From an uncultured Eubacteriales bacterium (lineage in GTDB: Bacteria; Acidobacteriota; Aminicenantia; Aminicenantales; Aminicenantaceae), in NCBI GenBank assembly GCA_964580235.1, contig CAZOJY010000007.1, positions 1 through 54,191 of the forward strand: 54,191 nucleotides of DNA, in the 5' to 3' direction. A program made the translations under genes and the position numbers. The stretch's first letter is position 1; each line of letters opens with the position of its first letter. Below the pieces are notes generated by a model, which was given only the letters and a program-made list of their open reading frames with translations, had not been told where the DNA came from and did no database searches. Positions 9,370-19,592 of this stretch are shown here, piece by piece.

Positions 9370-10887
9370 ATGGATGTTTTTGCCACAAATTTCCGGACTG
9401 TCGACTGGGTCATCGTCTGCGTCTATATCTGCATCCCCGTTGTTATCGGAATAATCGTCAAAAGATACATCCGGCAATTGAGTGATTTCATTGTTGCCGG
9501 CCGTTCGCTCAAGCTGTTCATCGCCATCGCAACTCTGACAGGAACAGAGCTGGGGCTTGTGACCGTCATGTACAACGCCGAGTTGGGATTTAAACATGGA
9601 TTTTCGGCATTCCATGTGGGAATCATCGAAATCTTCTGCATCCTGGCAATCGGAGTGACAGGTTTTATCGTCTATAAGCTTCGCCAGCTCCGGGTCATGA
9701 CCATTCCGGAGTTTTATGAACTCCGGTTTGGGAGAAATGTGCGGATTGTCGGAGGTATCATACTGGCCCTGGGAGGGATCCTGAATATGGGTCTGTTTCT
9801 CCAGGCAGGCGCTCGGTTCATGATGGGGGTGACCGGGTACAGCAATCCGGCGGGATTAAAGCTCTTCATGTCAGCCATGCTGACCATGGTGCTTGTTTAT
9901 ACGGTCCTTGGCGGTATGGTCTCTGTGGTTCTCAATGATTTCATGCAATTTGCGGTCCTTTCAATTGGGATGCTTGTCGGATCCTTTTTTGTAATATCCA
10001 AGGTTGGCTGGGGAAATCTCTTTAAGGCACCATCTGCAGTCGACAGTGCATCCTGGTTCAATCCCATCAGCGAAGGATCTGGATTCGGGAGCCTGTATGT
10101 GATTTTTATGGTAATTCTCACTTTCTCGGCAGGAGCACTGTGGCAGTCAGGAACCCTCCGTGCTCTTTCTGCCAAAACACCCAGGGTGGCGAAACAGCTC
10201 TATGCCTGGAGCTCTGTATCTTATCTTGCCCGTCGGGTCATCCCTATGCTCTGGGGCATCTGTGCCTTTATCTTCATTTCCCAAACACCCAAGCTTATGG
10301 CGGCCTTTCAAGGACCAGAGGCTTTGAATAGCCAATTCGGCATGCCCATCTTCATTGCCAAGGTGCTGCCCAGCGGCTTCTTGGGCCTGATCGCCGCCGG
10401 GATGTTTGCGGCTTTTATGTCCACCCATGACAGTTACCTGCTGAGCTGGAGCTCTGTGATCACGCAGGATATCGTCGCTCCGCTGAATAAGGACAGGCTT
10501 TCGGACAAAAGCCGCCTATTGATCACCCGGATTTGCATCGTAAGCATCGGAATCTTTTTGCTCATTTGGGGATTGTGGTTCGAGGCCCCTGTCTCGCTCT
10601 GGAATTACATGGCTGTCACCGGAACGATTTACCTCGCGGGGGCATTTACCGTGGTGACAGCAGGCCTATACTGGAAAAGGGCCAGCAAAACCGGAGCAAA
10701 AATCGCACTGTATGCCGGCCTTTTGGCCATCCTGGGAATAGGGCCATGGACAACAGGAACGAATGTCCCCTTTTATTTAAGCGATAAGTTTATCGGCCTC
10801 ATGACATTTGTGATTGCTTTCGTCGGGATGATCCTCGGATCGCTGTTATTCCCCGATAAAACCAAGCCAGAGGAGGAAGAGAGATGA
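9370..10887 (+). CDS. Sodium:solute symporter (SSS) family transporter
   Basis: About 13 hydrophobic segments; SDFIVAGR, MTIPEFYELRF, YTVLGGM, AAFMST motifs. Confidence 0.9.
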   Translation: MDVFATNFRTVDWVIVCVYICIPVVIGIIVKRYIRQLSDFIVAGRSLKLFIAIATLTGTELGLVTVMYNAELGFKHGFSAFHVGIIEIFCILAIGVTGFIVYKLRQLRVMTIPEFYELRFGRNVRIVGGIILALGGILNMGLFLQAGARFMMGVTGYSNPAGLKLFMSAMLTMVLVYTVLGGMVSVVLNDFMQFAVLSIGMLVGSFFVISKVGWGNLFKAPSAVDSASWFNPISEGSGFGSLYVIFMVILTFSAGALWQSGTLRALSAKTPRVAKQLYAWSSVSYLARRVIPMLWGICAFIFISQTPKLMAAFQGPEALNSQFGMPIFIAKVLPSGFLGLIAAGMFAAFMSTHDSYLLSWSSVITQDIVAPLNKDRLSDKSRLLITRICIVSIGIFLLIWGLWFEAPVSLWNYMAVTGTIYLAGAFTVVTAGLYWKRASKTGAKIALYAGLLAILGIGPWTTGTNVPFYLSDKFIGLMTFVIAFVGMILGSLLFPDKTKPEEEER

Positions 10888-11042
10888 ATTGGGTATTGTT
10901 ATGGAAAATAGTACTAATCTTTACTCTTTCAGGGTATTCTCTGCTGGTGATTATCGTTATTTTCGGAGGAGTAGGCAATATCGCAGACATGCTTCGCGAC
11001 CTCACAAATCCGCCAGATCAGGATCAGTCTGATAGAAGTTGA
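10884..11042 (+). CDS. 52-aa single-pass membrane protein coupled to the SSS gene (not in the ORF track)
   Basis: MNWVLLWKIVLIFTLSGYSLLVIIVIFGGVGNIADMLRDLTNPPDQDQSDRS; ATGA overlap with the SSS stop; GGAGG SD upstream. Confidence 0.75.
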   Translation: MNWVLLWKIVLIFTLSGYSLLVIIVIFGGVGNIADMLRDLTNPPDQDQSDRS

Positions 11043-11060
11043 ATAATCCATCTTTTGTCT

Positions 11061-12206
11061 TTAAATCTTGATAAATATCTTTTTCCGGTATAAAGGAATC
11101 ATGATAACGACCCAGAAAGAAAGGAGCAACAAAGGGAAAAGAAGGGACCCGTTGAGGTGGCCGGCAAGCGGCACCAACAGATGATCATAGATATAAGGAT
11201 AGAGAGCCATTGATCCTTGGCCTGTCGAAACCTTTGTCGCGATCAGAAACTTCACCATAACCGTTGAACTTGCATAAACGAATATCGCGTTTGTGCCCAG
11301 AACGAGAAACGGGAAAGCCCATTTTTTTGTTCCAAAGCCTTCCATTAGCCCAAAACATATGCTGAAAAGCATCAACGCCGCTCCCGCCGTAAAAAGCACA
11401 TAAGTGCTTGTCCAGAGCTGTTTGTTTATCGGAAAAACCGGATGAAGCAGCAGCCCCGAAGCTGTCAGAATGATCCCAAAAGTCAAAAGTCCGCCCGATT
11501 TCTGGAACACACTCTTGGAGGAACGGAGCCAATCCCCTGCCAGTGTTCCGAGCAAAGTGGTCGCAATGGCTGGAAAGGTGCTGAGTATCCCTTCCGGATC
11601 GAATTGAAGCTTGTACAAGTGCCCTCCCAGAACTCTTGTATCGATGTACCCGCAGAGGTTTCCTTGATAATCCCAAACGCCTGGTCCATACCCAGGAACT
11701 GGAACAAATTTCATCACCATATAATAGCCGGCCAGGAGAAAAATAACGATGGCGATTCTTCCTCGGGTCCTCACTTTCGAAAAAATCAGAGCCGAAGCAA
11801 AATAACAGATAGCGATGCGCTGCAGGACTCCCGGAATCCGGAGATGCGTAAATTCAAAGCGAAACAGCAACCGAAGTGCAATCCCGAGAGCGAAAAGGAT
11901 GAGACTTCTCCGGAATATTTTTGTGTACAGAGCGAAAGATCTGCCTTCTCGCTCCATTCTTTTCGTTAGAGCCAGAGAAATGGAAACACCGGCAATGAAC
12001 AGGAAAAAGGGGAAAATGAGATCTGTTGGTGTCCAGCCATGCCAATTGGCGTGACGGAGAGGAGCATACACATGCTGCCAGCTCCCGGGATTGTTCACCA
12101 AGATCATTCCGGCAATGGTGATGCCGCGGAACGCATCCAAGGAGGAAAGCCGGAGCCCAAAACCGGCCTCGCAGCTGCCCGTATTTCTCCTTTCCTCCCG
12201 CATCAT
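11061..12206 (-). CDS. nagX: Heparan-alpha-glucosaminide N-acetyltransferase-like (DUF5009/NagX) membrane protein
   Basis: RLSSLDAFRG, MILVN, HANWHGWTPTDLIFPFF, PGVLQRIA, DPEG, PINKQLWT motifs; start at 12206 by ATGA coupling to the GH20 stop. Confidence 0.85.
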   Translation of the reverse strand: MMREERRNTGSCEAGFGLRLSSLDAFRGITIAGMILVNNPGSWQHVYAPLRHANWHGWTPTDLIFPFFLFIAGVSISLALTKRMEREGRSFALYTKIFRRSLILFALGIALRLLFRFEFTHLRIPGVLQRIAICYFASALIFSKVRTRGRIAIVIFLLAGYYMVMKFVPVPGYGPGVWDYQGNLCGYIDTRVLGGHLYKLQFDPEGILSTFPAIATTLLGTLAGDWLRSSKSVFQKSGGLLTFGIILTASGLLLHPVFPINKQLWTSTYVLFTAGAALMLFSICFGLMEGFGTKKWAFPFLVLGTNAIFVYASSTVMVKFLIATKVSTGQGSMALYPYIYDHLLVPLAGHLNGSLLFPLLLLSFWVVIMIPLYRKKIFIKI

Positions 12207-14872
12207 CTGTGAATTTTTCCCCAAAGTTTGATGCCGCCAAAACTACCGGTGTCATCAAACGACCCCACGCCGACCAGCCCATGCCCCAGGCTAGCATCTG
12301 TGGCTGTTAAGATCGGGACTTTCATGTCGTCCAGATAGGCTCTGATTTCACCGGTCCCGGCATTGCAGGTGACCCTGAATTCATGAAATTTCATGTCGGT
12401 CAGACGAAAAACGGACTGTCCCGCCGGTTCGTGATTGATCTTCACTCGGTCTTTTCCATTCACGATGCCGATGATATTGTGGTTTTCATCGCTGACAGCC
12501 GAAAAGTGAACATAATAAAAGTGAGAGGGATCTTGATAATGGAAGACAACGACCATATCCCGATTTGGATTATCGAGAGGTGCGCTGCATTTGAGATACC
12601 CAGAAAAAAGAAAATCAGAAACATTAAAATTCTGCAGGACCGACCAGGAGGTAGGAGCTTTCACTTCTCCTTGAAGTCCAGGAACCAGGAGCTGGTAGCA
12701 CCGGCGCCCCATTTCTTCGCCGACCTTCCAGTTTTCCGGAACATTCGGCTCCCAGCCGTGAGCTTTCTCATCCTTAAAATTATCGCTTCCCAATGGAGGC
12801 CGGGCGGTTTCGACCAGCTTTTGGATGGCCGGCGCGATTTTGAGGACACATTCATATTCGGGCTTTTCCGGACGGCTCAAAACACCAAAGACTGCGTCCA
12901 GCCAGGAGAGTGGAGCTTCCTGTCCTTTTTCGATAAAATCCATGGCCCGGAGACCTGCCTCGGCCAAAACAGATACATCCTCTGAGAGCGGGATAATCTC
13001 TTTCAGCAAGGCTGACTCTTCGAGCACTGGCTTTAAAACATCATGGTTGTCCCGCCATATAGACAACCGATGCTGGATTATTTCTGTATTAGTTTTATAA
13101 TTTGGAGCATCATCCAGAAAGCCCTCCACCATATTCTCAAATTCCCGTGCCACATGACTTTCAGGACGGGCGGCATCCACCAGCCGGATCAAGGGTGTCA
13201 TTTGGGTATACTCGTACGTTCCTGGCCGCGTATAATATTTGACCGGCTCCACGATATCTGCCACATTTTTTAGCGCATCGATAGGATGTTCTCCTGCAAG
13301 TCTTTTTAACATAAGAGGATAATTGGCACGATGCTTCAACCCAAAGACATCCAGTCTCGGACCTAGATGTTCTAACCTACGATACATATCGTTCACATCG
13401 ATTAGGCCTTGAGGAGACCAGAACCTCTCAGCAATCGCCGCAGCTCTTGGCCAGATCCGTGAGTCAACGGTCTCGGGCCCGACAAACTCACCCCACATGC
13501 AGGCCTCTCCGCCCAAAATGCGGGATTTTTCCTTTTTTGTCAGGTCGGCCGCATCGCCACTAAGAGGATCCACATGATAATGATAGGCAGCAGACAGCAT
13601 ATGATCCAGATAATATCCGTTGGATAAAATTCCCAAGTAGCCCTCCCTGGCTGTCCTAGCCAAGGATTTTGTCCCGCGCCAGCTCTGCACAACCACATCT
13701 TTCGGCAGATCAGGATGGAAAATCTCATCCCACCCGATCATCTTTTTTCCATGTTTTTGAACGATTGTCAGAATTCTTTTGTTAAAATATGCCTGCAAGT
13801 CCTGGTTGTTTTTCAGGCCTTTCTGTTTTTTAAATGCCACAATATTTGGATTGCTGTTCCAGAGTTTACCGCTCACTTCGTCTCCACCGATGTGGAAATA
13901 GGCATCCGGAAAAAGTCCGGCCATCTCACCGATAAAAGTCTCCAGAAAAGCATAAACCTCTTCTCGGGTCGGGTCCATGCAGGGATCATGTACGCCCCAG
14001 TACCGCTCGATGGCAAAAGGTCCTGAACCGCTGGCTAACTCTGGATAACCAACAAACCAGGCAGTCGTGTGTCCGGGAATGTCAAACTCCGGAACAACCC
14101 GGATCCCAAGGTTCCGCGCATAATCCAGTATTTCCCGCACCTGTTCCTGCGTAAAATAGTGGCCGTCAGAACCCATTTCATGAAGTTTGGGAAAGCTTTT
14201 GCATTCCACCCGGAAACCTTGATCTTCGGAAAGATGCCAGTGCAGGACGTTCAATTTTACAGCAGCCATTCCATCCAGGTTTCGTTTGATCACTTCCACA
14301 GGTAGCCAGTGACGGCAGACATCGATCAACAATCCTCTCCAAGGAAATCGGGGCTTATCCTGTATCCTGACAGCCGGCATATAAAGACCTTCAGCATCCT
14401 TTTCTATGAGCTGGAAGAGCGTTGCAAGGCCTCTTAAAATACCAACTGGGGTTGGTGCTTTTAGCACGGCCCGAGATGAACTCACATGAAGGGAGTAGGA
14501 TTCATCTTCTTTTACTGACTGGACCTCTTCCCCCGGGTCATAGCATTGTATCTTGAGAAGAGGTGACGCGGCACCTGAATCCAGTTCTCGAATTGGCACA
14601 CGGAGGATTCCGGCCAGATCCTGCATATGCCGATTGAAACGCTTGACAGCTCGCAAAAGACGCAATTCTTTGTGTCCTTTCCAGGTCACACGGAATCCAT
14701 ATGTTATGCGGAGCTTTCCAGATTCAACAGATATTTCTGCGGGCCAGGGCATCAACTGAAACCGGGAAAAATCTTTGTCAGATTTTTGTTTGCCCTGACA
14801 AAACATCATGAACAAGGTTACAAAAAATACAAAAAAGAGAATTGATCGCGGCTCTTTTAATTTCATCATCAT
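12203..14872 (-). CDS. Beta-N-acetylhexosaminidase (GH20) with an extra C-terminal beta-sandwich domain
   Basis: RGLLIDVCRH, LHWHL, PEFDIPGH, catalytic HIGGDEV, GGEACMWGE, WPRAAAIAE; export signal; about 190 extra C-terminal residues. Confidence 0.93.
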   Translation of the reverse strand: MMMKLKEPRSILFFVFFVTLFMMFCQGKQKSDKDFSRFQLMPWPAEISVESGKLRITYGFRVTWKGHKELRLLRAVKRFNRHMQDLAGILRVPIRELDSGAASPLLKIQCYDPGEEVQSVKEDESYSLHVSSSRAVLKAPTPVGILRGLATLFQLIEKDAEGLYMPAVRIQDKPRFPWRGLLIDVCRHWLPVEVIKRNLDGMAAVKLNVLHWHLSEDQGFRVECKSFPKLHEMGSDGHYFTQEQVREILDYARNLGIRVVPEFDIPGHTTAWFVGYPELASGSGPFAIERYWGVHDPCMDPTREEVYAFLETFIGEMAGLFPDAYFHIGGDEVSGKLWNSNPNIVAFKKQKGLKNNQDLQAYFNKRILTIVQKHGKKMIGWDEIFHPDLPKDVVVQSWRGTKSLARTAREGYLGILSNGYYLDHMLSAAYHYHVDPLSGDAADLTKKEKSRILGGEACMWGEFVGPETVDSRIWPRAAAIAERFWSPQGLIDVNDMYRRLEHLGPRLDVFGLKHRANYPLMLKRLAGEHPIDALKNVADIVEPVKYYTRPGTYEYTQMTPLIRLVDAARPESHVAREFENMVEGFLDDAPNYKTNTEIIQHRLSIWRDNHDVLKPVLEESALLKEIIPLSEDVSVLAEAGLRAMDFIEKGQEAPLSWLDAVFGVLSRPEKPEYECVLKIAPAIQKLVETARPPLGSDNFKDEKAHGWEPNVPENWKVGEEMGRRCYQLLVPGLQGEVKAPTSWSVLQNFNVSDFLFSGYLKCSAPLDNPNRDMVVVFHYQDPSHFYYVHFSAVSDENHNIIGIVNGKDRVKINHEPAGQSVFRLTDMKFHEFRVTCNAGTGEIRAYLDDMKVPILTATDASLGHGLVGVGSFDDTGSFGGIKLWGKIHR

Positions 14873-16059
14873 CTCGGTTTCCTTGCTGAATTTTTTCCCA
14901 ACTTCTTCTTTACAGATTTCCCCTTGAAAATGGTGTCCAGCACCTGGAATTCTTGATCAAAAACAGCAACATTAGCGAGCTTGCCCTTTTGGATGCTTCC
15001 AATTTTATTTTCCAAACCGAGAATGCGCGCAGGATTTAAAGAAGCCATATTTATGGCTTGGTTTATCGTCACATCAGTCCAATCGATCATGTTTTTTACG
15101 GCTCTAATCAGGGTCAAAACACTTCCGGCCAAAACTCCGCTTCTGCGGATTGCTGCTTTGTTGTTCTTGACTTCTATTTCATTGTCACCCCAATGATAAA
15201 CACCATTCCCCACTCCTGAGGCCATTATCGAGTCAGTCACCAGACAAATATTTTTCGTTCCTTTTTTAGCCACGGCCAGGCGTAAAGCTGCTGGATGCAC
15301 ATGGATGCCATCAGCGATAAGTTCAGCCATTATGTTTTCGGTATCCAGCACTGCCCCGACAACACCCGGTTCTCTGTGGTTAAACCCGCTCATCGCATTA
15401 AAAAGATGGGTGGCGAGGCTTACGCCTTTTTCGAAACTCTCCACCGCTTGATGGAAGTTTGCGTTGCTGTGTCCAATAGCCACTACAAAACCATTTTTGT
15501 TTAACAAAGGAATAAACCGCATGTTGTTTTCGACCTCAGGTGCCAGGGAGAGGATGGATTTTAGGCCCTGAGTGGATTCGACCAATCGTTCACAATCCAT
15601 TTCGGTAATTCCTCTGATAAAAGAAGCCTGATGGACACCTTTTTTATGCGGACTCAAAAAAGGACCCTCAATATAGATTCCCAGGAGTTCAGATGGAAAA
15701 AGATCCATATTGGCATGTTTAATTATGTTGACGGTTTCGAGAACTGAGTCCATGGGTGCAGATATCGTGGCCCCCAGAAATCCAGTGACCCCATTTTTTG
15801 CCTGGTATTCTGCGATCCTTCGCAAGCTCTTTTCCTGATTGTCCATCACATCTTTTCCCAGAGCCCCATGGAGATGAAGATCCACCAGCCCTGGAACGAT
15901 GTATGCTTCGCCATAATCGATGAACTTGATCCCCTCATTCTGGAATTGATCCTTGCGGGCAAAAACTCCCAAAATTCTTTCTCCTTCTGCAACCACATAA
16001 CCCCTCTGGAGGATATCATCCGGAAGGATGATGTTTCCTCTGAAAGCGGTTTTATGCAT
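14869..16059 (-). CDS. nagA: N-acetylglucosamine-6-phosphate deacetylase
   Basis: PGLVDLHLHG, EGPF, APE, GHSNA, THLFNAM, DGIHV, TD motifs. Confidence 0.95.
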   Translation of the reverse strand: MHKTAFRGNIILPDDILQRGYVVAEGERILGVFARKDQFQNEGIKFIDYGEAYIVPGLVDLHLHGALGKDVMDNQEKSLRRIAEYQAKNGVTGFLGATISAPMDSVLETVNIIKHANMDLFPSELLGIYIEGPFLSPHKKGVHQASFIRGITEMDCERLVESTQGLKSILSLAPEVENNMRFIPLLNKNGFVVAIGHSNANFHQAVESFEKGVSLATHLFNAMSGFNHREPGVVGAVLDTENIMAELIADGIHVHPAALRLAVAKKGTKNICLVTDSIMASGVGNGVYHWGDNEIEVKNNKAAIRRSGVLAGSVLTLIRAVKNMIDWTDVTINQAINMASLNPARILGLENKIGSIQKGKLANVAVFDQEFQVLDTIFKGKSVKKKLGKNSARKPR

Positions 16060-16080
16060 GCTTGTCTTTCAGCCCGGATA

Positions 16081-16881
16081 TCAAGAATCCTTTTTTTCCC
16101 GGGACAAAAAATGGGATTTTTCCACTTCCCGTTTGTGTTCCAATACCCACAGGTAATAGTCTTTCCTCTTGAGAAGTTGCGCGGCTGCTTGATCGCAGAT
16201 GACTTTCACCCTGGGATGCAATTGAAGGACCGAAGCAGGACAGGAGGCAGTGATTGGCCCTTCGACCATTTGGGATATGGCCCGGACTTTTTTTTCGCCG
16301 GCCGCGACCAGGATGATTTCCTTGGCATCCATAATCGTCCCAATTCCCATGGTGATCGCAAATCTTGGTCCTTCTCTATTTCCAAAATTGTCTCTGATCG
16401 TCTCATCGGTTAACGTCTTTACACGTGTTCTTGCCTGGAGTGAAGAGGAAGGTTCGTTGAATCCGATGTGCCCATCTCTGCCGATGCCGAGAAGCTGGAT
16501 GTCTAACCCTCCCTTTGCTTTGATGGCCTCCTCATAGAGGTCGCATTCTCTCTCGACGTTCTCGGGTAAAGGATTGGGAATCAGGATGTTGTTTTTATTC
16601 ACATTCACATGCGAAAAAAAATTCCTGCGCATGTAGGAATGAAAGCTTAGGGGATCTTCCGGGTCCACTCCCAAATATTCATCCAGGTTGACGGTTGTCA
16701 CGGTGGAAAAATCCACGCGTCCCTTTTTATGATCTTTGATCAGATTTTTGTATATCCCAACCATGGTCTTCCCTGTGGCCAGCCCGAGAACCGCGCTGGG
16801 ATTTTTGCGAACGCAATCGACGATCCGAGAAGAAGCTTCTGCATAAACGTCTTTCTCGTTGGCTAAGATTATGATTTCCAC
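16081..16881 (-). CDS. nagB: Glucosamine-6-phosphate deaminase
   Basis: GLATGKT, NLDEY, LGIGRDGHIGFNEP, TMGIGTI motifs. Confidence 0.95.
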   Translation of the reverse strand: MEIIILANEKDVYAEASSRIVDCVRKNPSAVLGLATGKTMVGIYKNLIKDHKKGRVDFSTVTTVNLDEYLGVDPEDPLSFHSYMRRNFFSHVNVNKNNILIPNPLPENVERECDLYEEAIKAKGGLDIQLLGIGRDGHIGFNEPSSSLQARTRVKTLTDETIRDNFGNREGPRFAITMGIGTIMDAKEIILVAAGEKKVRAISQMVEGPITASCPASVLQLHPRVKVICDQAAAQLLKRKDYYLWVLEHKREVEKSHFLSREKKDS

Positions 16882-18219
16882 TCAGATCTCCTCCATGATT
16901 TGTTCAAATACCTTTTTCGCCGATTCCTCGTTTTTTCCCTCGACCTGAATCCGGACAACGGGTTCTGTATTGGAAGGACGCACATGAAGCCAGAAATCAG
17001 GATAATCCGCCCTGAGGCCATCTATAATCTGAATTTTACCTTCGCTGAATTTCTTGCCGATTTTATTCAGGATCACCCGGGCTTCGCGGAATGAAGCTTT
17101 CACCTTGTGTTTGATCATAAAATAATCCGGGAGTTCCTTCCTCAGTTCAGAGACCTTTTTCCCGGACCAAGCCATATATTCCAGGAGAAAGGCCATGCCG
17201 GCAAAGCTGTCCCGGCAGGTATGAACATCGGCAACCATAATTCCCCCGTTGCCTTCGCCCCCGATTTTTGCCCCATTTTCTTCCATCATCCGAGCAACAT
17301 TGATTTCTCCCACCCGTGACCGAAGCAGTTTTACACCTGCCTTTTGGGCGATATCTTCTATGACTTTGGATGTGGACAGATTGACCACAACTGGGCTCTT
17401 TTCCTTTTGCTGTAGGTAATAATTCACCGTGAGTGCCAGTGTATATTCTTCCCCGACCGGGACGCCATTCTCGTCTACGGCTGCCAGCCTGTCTGCATCC
17501 GCATCTTGGGCGAATCCCACATCTGCTTTGTATTCTCTTACTGTCTCACACAAAAGGTGCAGATTTGCGGCGACAGGCTCAGGGTTGCGCGGAAAACCTT
17601 CGCTCAACTCACAGTTCACACAGACCACTTCAGCTCCAAGTGTCTCGAGAAAATCCTTCACAAACGGAGACGCAGCACCTCCACAGGGATCGACAACCAC
17701 CCGCATCTTTTTTTGTTTAATGAGACTCGTATCAACAAGCCCCCTGATTTTTTTCTGATGAATCAAAAATGCTTCCTTCTCTATTTCGATTTTTTCCGGG
17801 TGTACCACCCGTTGGAACTTCCCTTGGTAATAAACATCCAACAGTTCTTCGGCTTCATAGGGATATAAATAATGCCCTCCTTTCCGTATCAATTTCAGAG
17901 CATTCCATTCGACCGGATTGTGGGATGCGGTTATAGATACTGCCCCATCCAGTTTTTTTTCTCTGGTGTAAATCTGGAGCGATGGAATCGGCAGAATCCC
18001 CACGTCCATGGGGGAAGCGCCACAGGAAAGGAGGCCTGCAAACACCGCATTTTTTACCATTTCCGCAGAGGGGCGGGTGTCTGAACCAACAGCGATTTTG
18101 CCTCCACCGATGTATGTGGAAAAAGCCTCAGAAAATTTTATGATCAACTGGGGTGTCAGGCTGGCTCCGACAATGCCCCGGATACCGGAAATACTGATTT
18201 TAAGGTCTGAAATTCTCAA
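16882..18219 (-). CDS. glmM: Alpha-D-phosphohexomutase (phosphoglucosamine mutase/phosphomannomutase), intact active site
   Basis: SISGIRG, phosphoserine loop ITASHNP, metal loop DADADR, GGEGNGG, RPSNTEP; exact sugar specificity uncertain. Confidence 0.8.
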   Translation of the reverse strand: MRISDLKISISGIRGIVGASLTPQLIIKFSEAFSTYIGGGKIAVGSDTRPSAEMVKNAVFAGLLSCGASPMDVGILPIPSLQIYTREKKLDGAVSITASHNPVEWNALKLIRKGGHYLYPYEAEELLDVYYQGKFQRVVHPEKIEIEKEAFLIHQKKIRGLVDTSLIKQKKMRVVVDPCGGAASPFVKDFLETLGAEVVCVNCELSEGFPRNPEPVAANLHLLCETVREYKADVGFAQDADADRLAAVDENGVPVGEEYTLALTVNYYLQQKEKSPVVVNLSTSKVIEDIAQKAGVKLLRSRVGEINVARMMEENGAKIGGEGNGGIMVADVHTCRDSFAGMAFLLEYMAWSGKKVSELRKELPDYFMIKHKVKASFREARVILNKIGKKFSEGKIQIIDGLRADYPDFWLHVRPSNTEPVVRIQVEGKNEESAKKVFEQIMEEI

Positions 18220-19556
18220 AATCTCATCCTGTCTCTTAGCTCATCTTCGACCGATTCCACGTCTTCCACTTTATCCCCTTCGATCGATATCCGCAAAACG
18301 AATTCTGTCGAAGAAGGCCTTATGTTGAACCAAACGTCATTTCTTTCCACACGGATGCCATCCGTGTAATCAGGATTTTCTCTGGAGTAGATCTCTTCAA
18401 GCCAGTCCATAACTCTGTATGTTCTCTCTGGCGGAACATCGATTTTGATCTTTTTCATGTGCTTTTCAGGAAATAGGGCTGTCAATGCGGAGAGGGATTT
18501 TTCTTCCCTAGCCATAAAATCTAAGATCAAGGCCAGAGCCAACAGGGAATCATATCCAAGTGAAAAATTCAACAGGCAAAGGCTGCCGCTCCCTTCCCCT
18601 CCCACTCCAGCACCCACAGACTCCATGACATGAACCACCGAAGATTGTCCGACCTTAGTGCGCGACAGGTCAATCCCGGTGTTTCGTGCAGCCCAATCCG
18701 CCCATGATGTGGTAACGGCCGTGGTAACGGCTTTGGAGATCCGGCCCTTCATAGAAAGGAGAATAAGTGGAAAGGTCATTTCCTCACTCAATGCTATTCC
18801 TTTCTCACTGACAAAAGAGATGCGGCTTCCGTCGGAATTCAACAAGAAGCCGATGTCTGCTCCGATGGACTTCACGACAGCTTCCACCTGAGAAGCATTT
18901 TCGACAGAGGGTTCGGGCGGATGGGGAAAGGGCTTTGCTGGGGTGTCATGAATTGGGATGAGATCGAGGTTGAAAAAATCACCATAGTGCTTCAAATAGG
19001 ACGAGGAGGCTCCATTACAGGGGTCGGCAACCACTTTGTAGTGCTTTTCCCTGATTCTTTCGGCATCGACAACGTGGGATAACTCATCGAGGTAGAGATT
19101 CATCGGGAACGTCATCGTCCGGGTTTGCCCAAGCTCCTTCCACGAAGCTTTTGTGAAACTGCCCGCTTCGTAGATGTTGAACACTTCCGCGCCTTCCGAA
19201 ATATCCAGGTAATCTCCTTCTGTGTCAAGGAGGATCACGGCATTCCAAGAAATCGGATTGTGCCCTCCTGTAATGGCAATCCCTCCCGAATATTTTTCCC
19301 TCCCCATCAAAAATTGCAAAAATGGCGTGGGAAGCAGCCCAAAGTCTGCGCAGTCCAAGCCCCCGGCAATGACCGATGAGAGAACGGCCATGGCGAACAT
19401 ATGGCTCGAGATACGGGAGTCCCTGCAGAGGGCGATCTGTCCCCTTTCGAAGGTGGAAGAAAAGGCCGAAGAAAATTTCGAAACCACTTCCACATTGAGT
19501 GCACCCGGCACTTCCCCCCGAATCCCCGAAACATTGATCCGAAGTCGATCCTTCAT
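18216..19556 (-). CDS. Second phosphohexomutase paralogue with a degenerate active site
   Basis: Same fold motifs (NVSGIRG, GGEG, RPSSTE) but ITGGHNP instead of ITASHNP and NSDGSR instead of DxDxDR; translationally coupled to the intact copy. Confidence 0.85.
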   Translation of the reverse strand: MKDRLRINVSGIRGEVPGALNVEVVSKFSSAFSSTFERGQIALCRDSRISSHMFAMAVLSSVIAGGLDCADFGLLPTPFLQFLMGREKYSGGIAITGGHNPISWNAVILLDTEGDYLDISEGAEVFNIYEAGSFTKASWKELGQTRTMTFPMNLYLDELSHVVDAERIREKHYKVVADPCNGASSSYLKHYGDFFNLDLIPIHDTPAKPFPHPPEPSVENASQVEAVVKSIGADIGFLLNSDGSRISFVSEKGIALSEEMTFPLILLSMKGRISKAVTTAVTTSWADWAARNTGIDLSRTKVGQSSVVHVMESVGAGVGGEGSGSLCLLNFSLGYDSLLALALILDFMAREEKSLSALTALFPEKHMKKIKIDVPPERTYRVMDWLEEIYSRENPDYTDGIRVERNDVWFNIRPSSTEFVLRISIEGDKVEDVESVEDELRDRMRF

Positions 19557-19592
19557 CTTGTTACTCTCTCACCTGCCATTTGAATCCTATGG

